The notes beneath the pieces were generated by a model that was not told the origin of the DNA, did no database searches, and worked only from the letters and a program-made list of their open reading frames with translations. The translations under genes were made by a program, and so were the position numbers. A DNA stretch of 64,000 nucleotides from Eledone cirrhosa (Eukaryota), in assembly GCA_964016885.1 (NCBI GenBank), contig OZ024743.1:9858001-9922000 (forward strand), written 5' to 3'. Shown piece after piece: positions 51,152 through 64,000 of this stretch. Numbering within the stretch: the stretch's first letter is position 1; each line of letters begins with the position of its first letter.

Positions 51152-51872
51152 GCAAAATATGAGGAAATAATAGACTAAAATATACCTATTTTTCTTCAAG
51201 GCCGCGACTGCTGTTTCACCGAGGCGTGTGTAACGCTATTGCACTATAAAAATGCACCATTGCTGTGAGGTTGATACGGCTTATCAAGAGAACCCTAAAA
51301 AAAGGGACTGCTTCTTTGACGCGTTAGTAGCAATTGAGAAAATCTGTAGAGGCGGAGGGAGGAATTAACACATGATAGAGTGATCACAGAGGTTTAGTAA
51401 GGTGGACAGTGAGCGAATAATATATATCATACATGATATTAATTGAGCATTCAATTAATTCAGGTTTGCGGTCGAGCCGGTGGCAGTGGAGAATTCTGGT
51501 TTCCTTGGCCCTAGGGCCATCTCGCTGCTCACCACCACCGACAAAAAGATGGCTACCGAAAGGTGTGAGCCTCCAAAGCTGGAATAGCTCTTCCATCGTG
51601 TCTCCCTCACTATCCTCCGGGAAAATGGCTTCTCTATTCTGTCCACGGTGGCTGCGGGTCGGCCAGCGCGTGGATCCCCATTTGCTCATAATAGTGATAG
51701 ATGGGGAGAGCGGGAGACATGGAGGGAGTGACAGTGAGAATGACGTTCCTTTGTGTTCGATCCTTGTGTTTCACGGACACACACTTACGTATAAACTAAC
51801 AGTTATATAGTCGTTGTCGGAAGCTGTATATGCGCTCGGTCTTCACTAATATTCCGTCTTGAATTAATTCGT
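51152..51872 (-). mobile_element. Non-coding GC-richer repeat between (TA)n tracts with a degenerate hammerhead (probable solo pLTR)
   Basis: Minus 51294-51200: TTGATAA gccg...cggt GAAA cagcag TC, resembling CTGATGA...GAAAC...GTC. Confidence 0.45.
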
Positions 51873-51989
51873 ATATATATATATATATATACATATATAG
51901 TAATAATAATAAATTTGAAGACTAAAATCCAAAGAGTGCTCGACAAGGATAAATATATAACAAATATATAAGAACCGTAGAGCAAATAT

Positions 51990-52890
51990 TTATTAAAATA
52001 ACAGATTAAAGTTTAAGCAAAGAATCGCTGCTTTCACCCTTAACGGGATCTTCTGAAACAAAAAAAATCAATCTGTGAACGCAGAGGTAAATATTTCGAA
52101 AAACGTTGCAACCGAAAGAAGACAGGAAGACGATACTTTGGTTCATGGAAATGTTCCCTGGCAAAGAACGGAAAAAAACGAAGATAATACGTCATTATTT
52201 GGAGCGTGAAAACAATTACACGCAAAGACAAAACAACATATATGGTATAAATGAAATTGTAGAATAATATTCTATTAGGTGGTTCGTGGAGACGTTCCTT
52301 GGCAATGAACGGAAAAAACGAAGATAATACGTCATTATGTGGAGCGGTGAGAAGATGCAAAGACAAAACCAGGTTTATGGTATAACTGAAGTCGTAGACT
52401 AAAATTCTATTTAGGAAATCGAATGATTCTCGGCTTCAGAGTTAAGAATAATGTAAATCGAAGCCTAGAATCATTCGGTTTCCTAAATAGAATTTTAGTC
52501 TACGACTTCAGTTATACCATAAACGTGGTTTTGTTTTTGCGTGTTCTTACCGCTCCACATAATGATTTATTATCTTCGTTTTTTTCGTTCATTGCCAGGG
52601 AACGTCTCCACAAACCACCTAATAGTATATTAGTCTACGACTTCATTTATATCATAAAGAGGTTTTGTCTTTGCGTGTAATTGTTTTCAACGCACCAAAT
52701 AATTATCTTCGTTTTTTCTGTTCTTTGCCAGGAGACGTTTCCACGAACTAAAGTATCGTCTTCCTGTCTTCCTTCGGTTGCAACGTTTTTCGAAATATTT
52801 ACTTCTGCGTTCACACATTGATTTTTTTAGTTTCAGGAGATCCCGTTAAGGGTGAAAGCAGCGATTCGTTGCTTAAACTTTAATCTTTTA

Positions 52891-52897
<7 letters not shown>
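51990..52897. repeat. Long inverted repeat (about 450-bp arms, about 20-bp spacer), each arm with an internal tandem duplication
   Basis: 51990-52437 is the reverse complement of about 52459-52897; gttc.tgga.a.gttcc.tggcaa.gaacggaaaaaa.cgaagataatacgtcattat occurs twice per arm. Confidence 0.93.
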
Positions 52898-52929
<32 letters not shown>

Positions 52930-53019
52930 GGGTCTCTGTGTGTGTGTGTGTGTGTGTGTGTGCGTGACGCATGTATAGCCTACATAAATAGATGTCTGAC
53001 TATTTTAATACCTAGGAAA

Positions 53020-53038
53020 ATACATATACACACATATA

Positions 53039-53118
<80 letters not shown>

Positions 53119-53124
53119 TGTATG

Positions 53125-53182
<58 letters not shown>
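53020..53182. repeat. (CA)n/(TA)n microsatellite
   Basis: Direct reading. Confidence 0.97.
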
Positions 53183-53861
53183 GCTGTTAGTCTGTATGTG
53201 TGTAATTTCCCTTCAAATTGCTGGCCTGTCCGATATAACGTTAATAATCAGCACTGGCAAACTGAGTTTGATTCAGTGATATCACTTCATCCGATCGATG
53301 AAGAGATTATATTAAGACTGAGTTCGACACAATAAACATTTTAAGAGTTCATTACATGTTAACAATATTTTACCAAACACAATACAGAGAAGAATTGAGA
53401 AATTTCCAACGAATTTATGTATTCTATTGTTAGACATTTGGGTCCCTTCTCATCTCCATGTAATCTGTAATGCTGTAAAGCTATTATTAGCCTTAACAAG
53501 GAGAATCGTCTTGTCAAGTGGAAGGAATGTAAAATTCCTTCAATTACATGTGTTTTGGAAAATATCATTATACATGATTTCGAGAAGTTTATGAAAATGA
53601 CAATTGTAAGATATATAGCTTCTTTACTCCCCACTCTTTCCTTTTCCTCCCCAGTATTATTTGATATTGTCCACCACCCTATTTTAATTTTACAGCTCAG
53701 CTATATATAATATTCCTACTGGACATTAAATCCAAATATTTCTGGTTTATATTCATTTGCTGGTGAATATTCTTTCAAACAAAGCTAGAAAATACCTGGT
53801 GTGAGAAAAGAAAACGAAAATTAGGTAAGATTAGGTACCAATTAAACATTATCAAACGCAG

Positions 53862-53985
53862 CGAGTTGTTGAAATCGTTAGCACGCCGGAGAGCATGCTT
53901 AGCGATATTCGTTCCGGCTGTCTGCGCTGAGTTCAAATTCCACCGTGATCAACATTGTCTTTTCACCTTTCAGATGGATGAAAAT
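53862..53985 (+). mobile_element. Older diverged SINE copy
   Basis: aatcgttagcacgccg...ctgagttcaaattccaccg. Confidence 0.6.
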
Positions 53986-56169
53986 ATATCAGCAATCCTG
54001 ACAGCACACCAACGACTCCATTAGGAGTTACTAGTATATACATAGACAGCACCAAGCTGCATTCGCCTATAGAATAAGACCCTTCGTTTAATTATTATAC
54101 TCCAACATGTAAAATGTTTCGTAAAGACGTTGAATTTTATCGAAGAGATTGCATTTTCCTTTATCTGTTCTTGTTATTTCTCGCCACCAGACTTACTTGA
54201 AATTCCTATCATTTTCATATCAAAATAGGTATAAATATATGCTATCCAATAAATTAATTGAAAGTGTTCTTCACCACTAAGGAATACTACGTGTAATCAC
54301 TATAATGTAGTCCATAGAAGAGTTAATTACTCTGGGTTGAGCTCTTTCATAATAAACAAAGATAGTGGTATGCCAGATATAAAACACCGAACTAAATACC
54401 GAGTAGTATCTCATTTCATTCATGTCCGTTCCGAATTCAAGACCTAGTGGCGTTGACTTACCATTATCAATATATAAGAGACGCTTAATTGTTTTCCTAA
54501 ATTATGGTATATGCTCCTGGTGGGCAGAAATCATAATTTGGTTTTGCTTTTCGGCTGATACAGTTTCGCTTCATTAATGCTATTGAAATTGTATGGACCT
54601 TTCAATTCTCTAATCCCCAACCCTAATAACGTAGTCAAATGTAACCAAAGATTAACAGAAATACTTCAGTTCCGCTTCAGATCTAAACATATAAATGCTG
54701 GGAATTTCGTTCAGGGAAATATTACAATGAAACGTTGAATAATAATTTACTTTTTTATGCACCAAGACTAAATTATTAAATGTATTCTCTTTTTCCTCTT
54801 TGATTACGATGATGATGTCAAGAGACGATTTGTAATGGTTGCCATCGAGATACACATCATATTTAATAGAATCCGACACTGAAGCACATACACACACATA
54901 CACACTAATAGATATATTCACAGCTCATATAGGCATAAGAGCGCGTGTACATTACAAATGGATATATAACAGTTGAATCGTAAAACTATTAAAGCTTTTC
55001 GATGGCTATCTTTTATTTTTATTGTGCATTGTTTCACATATTGGTATTCCTTGTAAAGAATAGGAACCTATAAAAAAATCATGAACATTACTCCCTATGT
55101 TTTGGGGATGAAAATAACCAATATTGTACGTTATTAAAAACATATTTTTGAAACCAAGAAAACTCCAGAAGGTACTCAAATGCTTTTAGTTTTACTAAGC
55201 TTTTGACACGAGATTTATTAGTAACTTCTTGAGCATTTTCAAAATATTAAACAAATATGTATATATGTGTGCCAGTGTATGTATATCTGTGTGTGTGTGT
55301 ATGTGTGTGTGTGTGTGTGCTCATATTGTGTATTTAAATACGGTTTCTGTAGTGTTAGTCGTATGAATGACAGTTCCTATTCAATATCGTCATGTAGAAT
55401 GAGATATTTTTCTGTAAATGATATTAAACTATGACTTAACAGCTTACCATTCAATCATTTCCCATATATAATGTATTGTGCTTCATCGAGTATAAATACA
55501 TTTAAAATAACACTAAAATATTAGCAATACTATCAATATCAAAGGATATCATTTAATTTATTGATATTAATATTTTGGTTGCATTTTCTGGAATACTACA
55601 AACAGATGACAATATACATATATTTTCATTACGACCATTGACTAGTTTTTAGTTACATATAACAACTGAATTCTTTGGCATTTAATCACAGGTTGTAATC
55701 GAGTGTAATATTACTTTCTCCGACGAATTGTTGCTGAAATTAGCGTGTAGATTTAAGTATGGTATTAGATTAATATTTTACAGCGTTTGTTAGATATTGC
55801 CAAGCATATAGAGAACTTTATTAAGCCGTTATAAGAAATAATAATTATAATAATGAAGTGGGACATTTCGTGACTTTTGAAAGGATTAAGAAAAGGAAAT
55901 ACATATTGAATTTAACCTGCTATATATATTTCTAAATGCAATATCATTAGATTGTTATGGTCGCACGTTTCTCCAAATCGCATCAAGAACTTGCTACATT
56001 TATTAGGGGAGTTTTCGTAATCTATAGAATTATATAGTGGCTTGCTGAAAATGATATTTGCAAAATATTTAAAATGCAGGCTTTTATCCGAAACCAGGTA
56101 TATCAAAGTCACAGATGTTACCACGTATCATATTAATGGATAATCTTGTTTGGCAGTATTATTATATAA

Positions 56170-56356
56170 GGGTGGTGGATTGGCAGTATCGGAAGAGGGT
56201 CGGACGTTATGCTTTGCAGCATAGGTACGTCCCTTTACGGACTGATTTCAAATCCCGCCGAGGTTAACTTTGCGTTTCATCCTTACGGGGTCGATAAAAT
56301 AAAGTACCAGTAATGCACTGGGTATTTGCTGGCCTTATGCCAAAAGTAGAAACAAT
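56170..56356 (+). mobile_element. Full-length main-family SINE with about 12-bp TSD
   Basis: attattatataa on both sides. Confidence 0.93.
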
Positions 56357-56539
56357 TATTATATAATTTATATTCGTTTATAGATGTCACACTTATGTCA
56401 AGAATCATCACCCTCCTAAAATTAATTCTTGTTGATATTAAAATCCAAATAATCTTCTCGGTGGGAAAATTCAAAGTGATTTGAAGAACAGCAAAGTATT
56501 GCGCTAGAAAGTAGGAGATATTATTTTGTATATTTTCTG

Positions 56540-56649
56540 AGTTCAAATCCCGCCGAGGTTAACTTTGCCTTTCATCCTTACAGGGTCGATAAAATAAAGT
56601 ACCGGTAATACACTGGGTAATTGCTGGCCTTGTGCCAAAAGTAGAAACA
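56540..56649 (+). mobile_element. 5'-truncated main-family SINE with 20-bp TSD
   Basis: attattttgtatattttctg at 56520-56539 and 56650-56669. Confidence 0.95.
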
Positions 56650-57389
56650 ATTATTTTGTATATTTTCTGTTGATATATTGAGCTGTATGCGTTCAAATGT
56701 TTTATATTCTCAGTACTCTTTTTCTGTTATATATTCATACAAGCGAAATTCCTCGCCAGATATTTGGTGCCTTTTATGTCGATACGTGTCATATAAATAA
56801 ATGAAAGCAGCAAATCAAAAATGACCAGTGAATTCAAAATATCTGATAAAGTATTGTAATCCGAGAAAGTCATTAAGTCAAATCTAATGCCTTCTTGAAT
56901 ATTTCAATAGAGTTATTACTTTCTGTAGACATGAGAGTGTGCTTTAATGGGAAAATAGTCTTGTCGATAAAATGAATAATTCACCGAATATTGTTTAAAA
57001 TAATAGCTAGTCAGGTCAGTGTTCTTGCAATGCCTTTGTCGTTTTGGTTTCAAGAAATTTGAAAACATTTTATCCCTTTAACCATTAAATATAACATTAT
57101 TGATATTACACTAAGTTCTATTACCTGAAGTATTCAATTGTTCTCCTAAAGAATTAAGTCGACATCAAGTTGATGGTAATAATTGTCATGAGAATTGAAT
57201 TGATGTCAAGGTGTTGGTTATGAATTTAGGAAGCAAATGAGATAACGCTGAAGCAAATTGAAATGACATGCCCAAGCTTTGATATTTTGCAGTTTTTTTT
57301 TTTTTTTCTATTAACGGATTTTGTTTGTTTCTTTCTTAAGAAATGTAGAAAAGCAAGATACCTCTTATACCCATCATTATACCCATGAG

Positions 57390-57672
57390 AGAAGAGTGGA
57401 AATGGTCCTCGATTGAGTAATATATTCGCTGAACTAACCCAGTTTTTCCACATCAAGGAAAGGGAAGTTGTTGCGGATCCTCAAATCGGCTCAAGGCAAC
57501 AATGTTTCCATAGTTATTAGTATTTCTGAAACTATCTGCCGGATATTGCGACCGGCAGAAGAAGCAGGGAAGTAAAGTATTTCGCTGAAGCACACAGCAC
57601 ACCACCAGGCCTAGGAATCAAATCCAAGATACTCTTATCGTGAATCCAACACCCTAACAACCAGGTGACGCC
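57390..57672 (-). mobile_element. Diverged tRNA-derived SINE of another family
   Basis: Minus strand tRNA-like head ggttgttagggtgttggattcacga...gatttgattcc, then gtgtgcttcagcgaaatacttta. Confidence 0.55.
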
Positions 57673-58229
57673 CAGATCACACTATATCCTTCTATATTTA
57701 CTTGTTGGAGCTCTCATTACTACTTTTGGCTAGTGTGGTAAAGTAGTTATCTTACAAATGAGGTAATAATTAGAACGAAACCTATCTAGAGCTGTTCCCC
57801 GTACTTGGGGAAATAATGAAAACAGATTAATTCATTACTACTATTGTACTTTTCTTAGGCCATAAATATTTGTAGTTGTTCTAACATTTTTCACATTGTA
57901 TAGCTTGACAGTAACTTAGATATTGATATACATTGAAGAGGTAAAATTTCGATCGCAAACCTATGGTTTCAGTTTCAATTTTCCAGTCGTCTACTACACA
58001 GATCAATTGTATGCAGTAAAACAATTTTAGTGAATATGCCGTATTTATAGTAGTTGAATGATTCACACACACACACACACACACACACATAAATATATAG
58101 AAGTATCGTAATATGTGGCGGAATGTAATATATAGATGGTAATATTTATAAAAATAATGAGTAAAGTATTACAGAAAGTGTATTATATTATGTAAGTGAG
58201 GAAAGAGAAAGATACAGAAAAGACATAAT

Positions 58230-58335
58230 ATAATTGTTTCTACTTTTGGCGCAAGGCCAGCAATTATCCAAGTGCATTACTGGTACTTTATTTTATCTAC
58301 CTCGTAAGGATGAAAGGTAAAGTTATTTGAACTCA
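58230..58335 (-). mobile_element. 5'-truncated main-family SINE
   Basis: Reverse complement of the SINE 3' half. Confidence 0.88.
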
Positions 58336-58863
58336 CCAATCCAAAGATATAATATAATGTTATGCATGTATAATATATATGTTTATATATCCCTTCCCTT
58401 ACTTTAAAATGATAGCACAAGGTCTTCAGAATGTTTTTAATTAAACATAGGTATATTACCAAATATACTATACATATTTTCATATATATATATACAGTAT
58501 TTCCTCTCTCAATCAGTATAAATGTTATCTAATTATTCTTTGGACTTACATTTTTATAAATTGCTCTGATAAATAATTATTTAATTAATTCTTCATTGAG
58601 CCACACGGTGAATGGTTGCTAAATGCATATATGTGTTTGTGACTTTGTCTAATTTATATATATATACCCTTTGAATTTAATATATACTCCCGTAAGTTTG
58701 AGTAAAACTTTAGGCAGTATTCGGCTGCGTTTTATAGCAGCCAGTCTACTCGCCGACAGGCACCAATCACAAACTTTCTGCCTTCACCACTGGCCATGTG
58801 ATGCTTCTTAGCCATTTTGAATTCATTTCTGGCGGGAATCATGGTAGAAGAATCTTAGTCCAG

Positions 58864-58958
58864 TCTGAGGTATCTCCTGATGAGTTGCGAGCCTCGTGGA
58901 TTTATCCAAGACCGGATATATCCAAAAAGTGGAACGAAACCGCCGGTTGAGACTCAGA
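58864..58958 (+). ncRNA. Type I hammerhead ribozyme with intact core and extended stems, in a non-coding unit
   Basis: tctgag-gta-tctc CTGATGA gtt...tggatttatcc aagacc ggatatatcca...aac GAAA ccgccgg TT gaga-ctcaga. Confidence 0.85.
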
Positions 58959-59250
58959 ATTTTGGTAAAATGTATATGCATTTTTTCTTCTAACTTCAAT
59001 TTTATACCTAATTCTGTGTAGTTGACTATTTCTCTAGTCAATTTCTACAGGCTAGGAGAAACACTAGGTAGATGTCATGTAGCTGTACATCGCTGAAAAG
59101 TATCTATATCATTTATCTATTATTTCTTATAAACTTATAACCTCGTTTTAAACTTATAACCTCGTTTAAATGATTTTTAGTGTAGTTAATTTATACTGAT
59201 TGGGAGAGGAAATACTGTATATATTTTATCTAATGATTCTTTGGACTTAC

Positions 59251-59298
<48 letters not shown>

Positions 59299-59480
59299 TC
59301 TTGCCTTTCCTCTTCTTTACACCCTCTCTCATATCTCTAATTTGCTCTACGTCCTTTTCTTCTTTAAGTTTATCATATTATTTGTGGTATATAAACATTG
59401 AGATTTGATGAAATATATCACTGCCAATACTGGAATTGAATAGTCAAGACCGTAGCGGTATGTCATATATCAAATCATAT

Positions 59481-59541
59481 ATTTTGTCTGATGAGGACGT
59501 ACTGAAAAAAACAACACAGTACCTTTGAAATATATATAATA
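59481..59541 (+). ncRNA. Hammerhead-like motif in a short non-coding unit
   Basis: ttgt CTGATGA ggac gtactg...cagtac cttt GAAA tata TA taa, followed by AATAAA. Confidence 0.6.
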
Positions 59542-59792
59542 AAGTATATATTTTGATTATGAGAATATTTTTCATTTATTAATATGTAGAATAATATTAA
59601 AATCTCCCCAAAAATTACTGTTGAGTGCTTCTAATCTATTGTAAAATTGTATTCATTGAGTAATCAACGAACCATACTAATCTTTGGTCATGTATATATA
59701 TGTATATATATATAACAAAGGAATCGTGGTAAGGAACCAGATGGACCATAATGCACCAGAGTACTCAATACTTAGGGTAGTAGAGTGGGAAA

Positions 59793-59918
59793 TAGGAAAA
59801 AGTATGACCCCGACGGCAGAGCTAGAGCTGTTTCGACGGCTATTTCTGGACTAAATTTAGTCCAGAAATAGCCGTCGAAACGGCTTGAGCTCTGCCGTCG
59901 GGGTCATACTTTTCCCTA
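59793..59918. repeat. 126-bp zero-spacer near-perfect palindrome
   Basis: Centre ...ggactaaa|tttagtcc... at 59855/59856; arms pair out to tagg/ccta with few mismatches. Confidence 0.97.
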
Positions 59919-60681
59919 TATATATATCTATCTATCTATATATATATATATTAAAATAACAGGTAGTCGAAGAACACAGTAATTATCGCTTTGATTTTGT
60001 TCTGCAACTGACCTTATTTTTAGATCTTTGAATCGCTATTGCATTTAAATTGTAACCCACTTGATATTAAGAGTTGCGTTGAAACATATTTTGATATGTA
60101 CAACGTTGATATATACAAAGTTGATATGTACAACACACAGCCTTTTTATGAAAAGTCTAAAACGTCTGGCATATGAACCCCCTGTGGACAGCGTCACATG
60201 TGAGGCTTGAACACATCTTTTACATACAGTGCAGATGTGTTACCGATTAATCGAAAATGGGGACTGACCTCCCATTTTTGTTTTGTAAACTTTATTGATC
60301 AACTAGAAATTAAAATGTAAATAAACAATTTAATTTTGGAAGAGTTGAACGAGTTACGAACCCTCTGAAATTAAGATAACTTAGAATAAAGTAATGGCTA
60401 CAACGCACCTCATTCTTACTATGGAAAGAGTCTAACAATAAGGGCGGAAAACGTGAAGAGTGACACCTGTGGGAGTCAAACTCACATCTTATATTCGGCA
60501 TGGATGTGCTACCGATTCACCAAAGTTGTGACCGAGCACACTTTTCCGTTTTATAAAATTTATCACAAAATCACGCGTGTTGTAGCTATTAAATTTACTC
60601 TGTCATCTTAATTTTTGAAGGTACTTAACTCGTTCAGTGCGTCTAAAAACAGATTTAATTTAAATATCTGTATAAATGGAA

Positions 60682-60812
60682 GTATGTATGTATGTATGTA
60701 TGTATGTATGTATGTATGTATGTATGTATGTATGTATGTATGTATGTATGTATGTATGAATATATGCATGTATGTATGTATCTATGTATGTATGAATGTA
60801 TGCATGTATGTA
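60682..60812. repeat. (TATG)n microsatellite
   Basis: Direct reading. Confidence 0.97.
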
Positions 60813-60942
60813 CAAATTCATATCTGGGAATAAACACACAGTTCTTAAAGAAAGCAGTGAAAAACACATAAAAACGCATAACCACACATTTATACGAAGC
60901 CTTTAGTTACATATTTGTTGGTGGAATATAAGGATGTAGATA

Positions 60943-60985
60943 CTTTCTGATGAAGTTCTTAACAAAGTGCGAAACTTGATTCAAG
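60943..60985 (+). ncRNA. Degenerate minimal hammerhead
   Basis: cttt CTGATGA a gttctt aaca aagtgc GAAA cttgat TC aag. Confidence 0.55.
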
Positions 60986-61039
60986 CAATTCATTCATTTC
61001 AATTTACAGAGAAATACGCAATCTAAACACCTCTCTCTC

Positions 61040-61093
<54 letters not shown>

Positions 61094-64000
61094 ATCTGAG
61101 CGTCTGTACACTTACCATCTACAAAATCATACTCTGATTAAATGAAGCTTTAGATAATCAATTGCTAAAGGTTCTAAGTATTGTAATCAAACTCGGATCC
61201 ATGTGGTCATAAAGAAAACCTTGTTAGCCACACAGTGTCGTCCAGCATTCATTAATGATTTGTGGCACTATGTTCAAATCTTTATGCGAGTTTAGCTTGG
61301 AAAGGTCTAATCTACTGTTGTATGCAATTTATCAGTAAAAGTCAATCTTATTGACTCTTTATTAAGCGTGCGTGAGGTAAATATATATGGACTGATTATA
61401 TTCAGTATTAAAGCAGTGGCATTATACAAAATGTCGACTTTAATATTAGAATCAATAGATATTAGCTCAACAATAGAATGTTCTAATATGCAATGGTGTC
61501 ACTGTGTCTATGATTAAAAGATATTCGCTATGCCTGCACACATATCAGCTACTATATAATCAATACTAATAAATATAGTAAAATAAAAGGAACAATGGTC
61601 ACTTTAAAACCTTTTCAATTTATATATATATATTGATTCATCTAAAATTGTCCGTCTAACTAAATTAGCGTTTGTCTCATCAATCGTATACTTCAAATGA
61701 AACCTAAAGTTCCAGCAAGATAAGTGCGTTAAATACATTTAAATTTGGTTCGTATATAATAAATTTGTACTAACTTCTATCAAGGTTTATCACCTGTCTC
61801 TCAATATAGACTTTATGGTATGTAACTATCATTATTTAAGATAATCAGACTAGACTTAGAAATGTTCAACTGCTGCCGAGAACAATGATTTTAATTCCGA
61901 GAGAAGAGTCTTTGACTTCTGATAATCGAAATCAGAATATAATCGGTTCCTTATGCAAACCAACTGATTCTCCAATGCGATTCTGGATGACGCATGAACA
62001 TTTTTCTCTATTTTCATCACATAAATTCTTTGGCAATTCTATCTTCACTAACAATAACTCATGCCTTATACAATATTCTTATAGAATGAGAAATTGAAAC
62101 AAAGACAGCTGTTGTATCAAGTTCTTTGCTGCCCCAGAGACAGTCAAATGCCACACTTCATCTATTTGGTCAACTATCACAGGAACTAAGAGATTTTACT
62201 GCTTTCCTAAATTTAGCAGAATAAATATTGATTAATATATGTAACTGATCAAATATATTTGCAAATTTAATGGGAAAACTCCGATATAGTTATATTTAAA
62301 AGTGCAGCATGTTTCACATAATAATGATATACTTGGAATAAGGTATCTCCTGTTTTGACACTCACGAAAGGAATTAACGCTAGCTTAGACTAATCCAATA
62401 GCATTCCTCGTTTTCGGAACTGCATTATTGTAATTCATTACAAGAAATTGATTATGAACATCACAACGAACAAATGCAGTTTTCGAATATTTGCTATGTG
62501 TTTAAGTTTGCGCTATGCCTTCCTATTCTTCTATTGTTGAGCAATCGTCATATACTTAATCAAGTAGTGTATCTAGATTAAACAAAAATTCTGTAAATCG
62601 ACTAATTATATTAGCAATAGGGTCAACATTCTGTTCACTTGGTGAATAATATTATCAGAATTAGTTAACAGCATGCTGTATACGAAATGACAATTTCTCC
62701 TGTCCAGATAATGTTAGTACTTTCATCGGTGCAGGCAAAATATTGACCATAGAAGCTATATAGATATCTATAATATATTGTCTTCACACAATTGTGTCGA
62801 TACATTTTTTTCAGACAGACATATAATTGACAAATGAAGAATTTTTAAAATAATATGTGGCACCTTCTTTCTTTTTTATTGCGGAACCTATCGGGGAGTT
62901 GTGTATCACCATTTTCTTCCTATATAAGTGATACTCCGATTAAAATAATATTATTCTGATTTTCCTCTTCCAGTCATTTTACAATCTGAAGTCGACATAA
63001 AATTACTGTATTCACTTGATGATTTCTGTGCAAATTGCTTGATATATGATTATTTATAAAGTTTTAAAATTCATAATATAGTTTTACGATCTTTGAACCC
63101 TTCTTTCACCTACTTTTGATAAAAATACATAGTGCAATGGAAATTTAATGGACACCAGTTAGCTCATATAACACAGCGAATAGGAAGTGATGAGTTGCAT
63201 GCGGATATTAGAGAAATACTTATTACAGCTGAAATAGATTTTGAATAAATATTAAGTGAAAATTAGTATGGTAACGAGAAAATTAGTATAATAACGAGAA
63301 AATATTTATTCCAGGAAGTTCCCTCCTTTGCGGAAAAGGATAAAAAAAAAAAAACACACAAGAAACAACAAAAGCAACCGTTAAAATGATTTGCCGATCA
63401 CGTCACCCACGACGAGAACTCTTGAATAATATGTTTTTATGTGTAACAAACAACTAAGCCTCTGTAACCATATACAATATAATAGAATTTGCTTTGCTAT
63501 TTCTTTTAATCACAGTTTTCTAGAAGTGTGTAACAGGTCATAAGAAGACAGCTTTAGAATCTCTGTTATATGCATTTCATGATTTAATATACAACATAGA
63601 AACATAAACAAAGATAGAATATGCTATTTCACTGCAGTTAGCTGCTACATCTGACATAGATTTCCTACGTCGTTGCACTTTACGTTCATTTTTAACCTCT
63701 TTATTGTCTCATTATTTGAAGTTTCAATTTGAACGAATTTTCCTTTTCATAAAACTTCTAACAGTATATTTTAGTGCAACTTACAGAAATGTAAACATAA
63801 CCTCTTATGCATTTGCGTAATCAACCATAATAACCATGGAAAACTATCTTAATGTTAAAGTTACAGCGTGATATAAAATCACAGTATCATTGGATTGGTA
63901 TCTTTTCCTAAAATCACAAATATATGAAAATAAATATACAATATAAAATCATGTAATCGTGACACTAATTTACAATTCATTGAGAATAATACCACAATAC

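Noticed and set aside
13604-58335. Recurrent conserved repeats as a CRISPR array or as functional tRNA genes
   Set aside because: They are dispersed, 100-200 bp long, carry TSDs and tails, and lack a full cloverleaf: SINEs.
63258-63303. Short 20-bp tandem duplication (also 59130-59168)
   Set aside because: Ordinary slippage duplications with no further structure.

Overview
AT-rich, microsatellite-dense animal DNA; the repeat families resemble those of octopus/coleoid cephalopods (inference). No host gene is confidently identifiable. The window is mostly retroelement debris. It holds at least four Penelope-like elements (PLE: RT plus C-terminal GIY-YIG), one with an inverted duplication of more than 1.1 kb. 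It also holds a near full-length decayed L1/Tx1-clade LINE with related ORF1 relics, three R4/Dong-type RLE LINE fragments, RTE LINE relics and RTE-derived bipartite elements, a mariner fragment, and many tRNA-derived SINE copies. The most notable signal is a high density of self-cleaving RNA motifs. About a dozen type I hammerhead ribozyme (HHR) motifs are present, several in non-coding solo or inverted units, plus one zero-spacer palindrome built from half a hammerhead and a candidate HDV-like ribozyme at an RTE 5' end. Different retroelement families appear to sit in different microsatellites: (CATA)n, (ATT)n, (TTC)n and (TA)n. Two minus-strand segments (9503-9953 and 5671-5842) show tentative similarity to FGF proteins. 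All protein and RNA family calls are by-eye motif recognition, not database searches.
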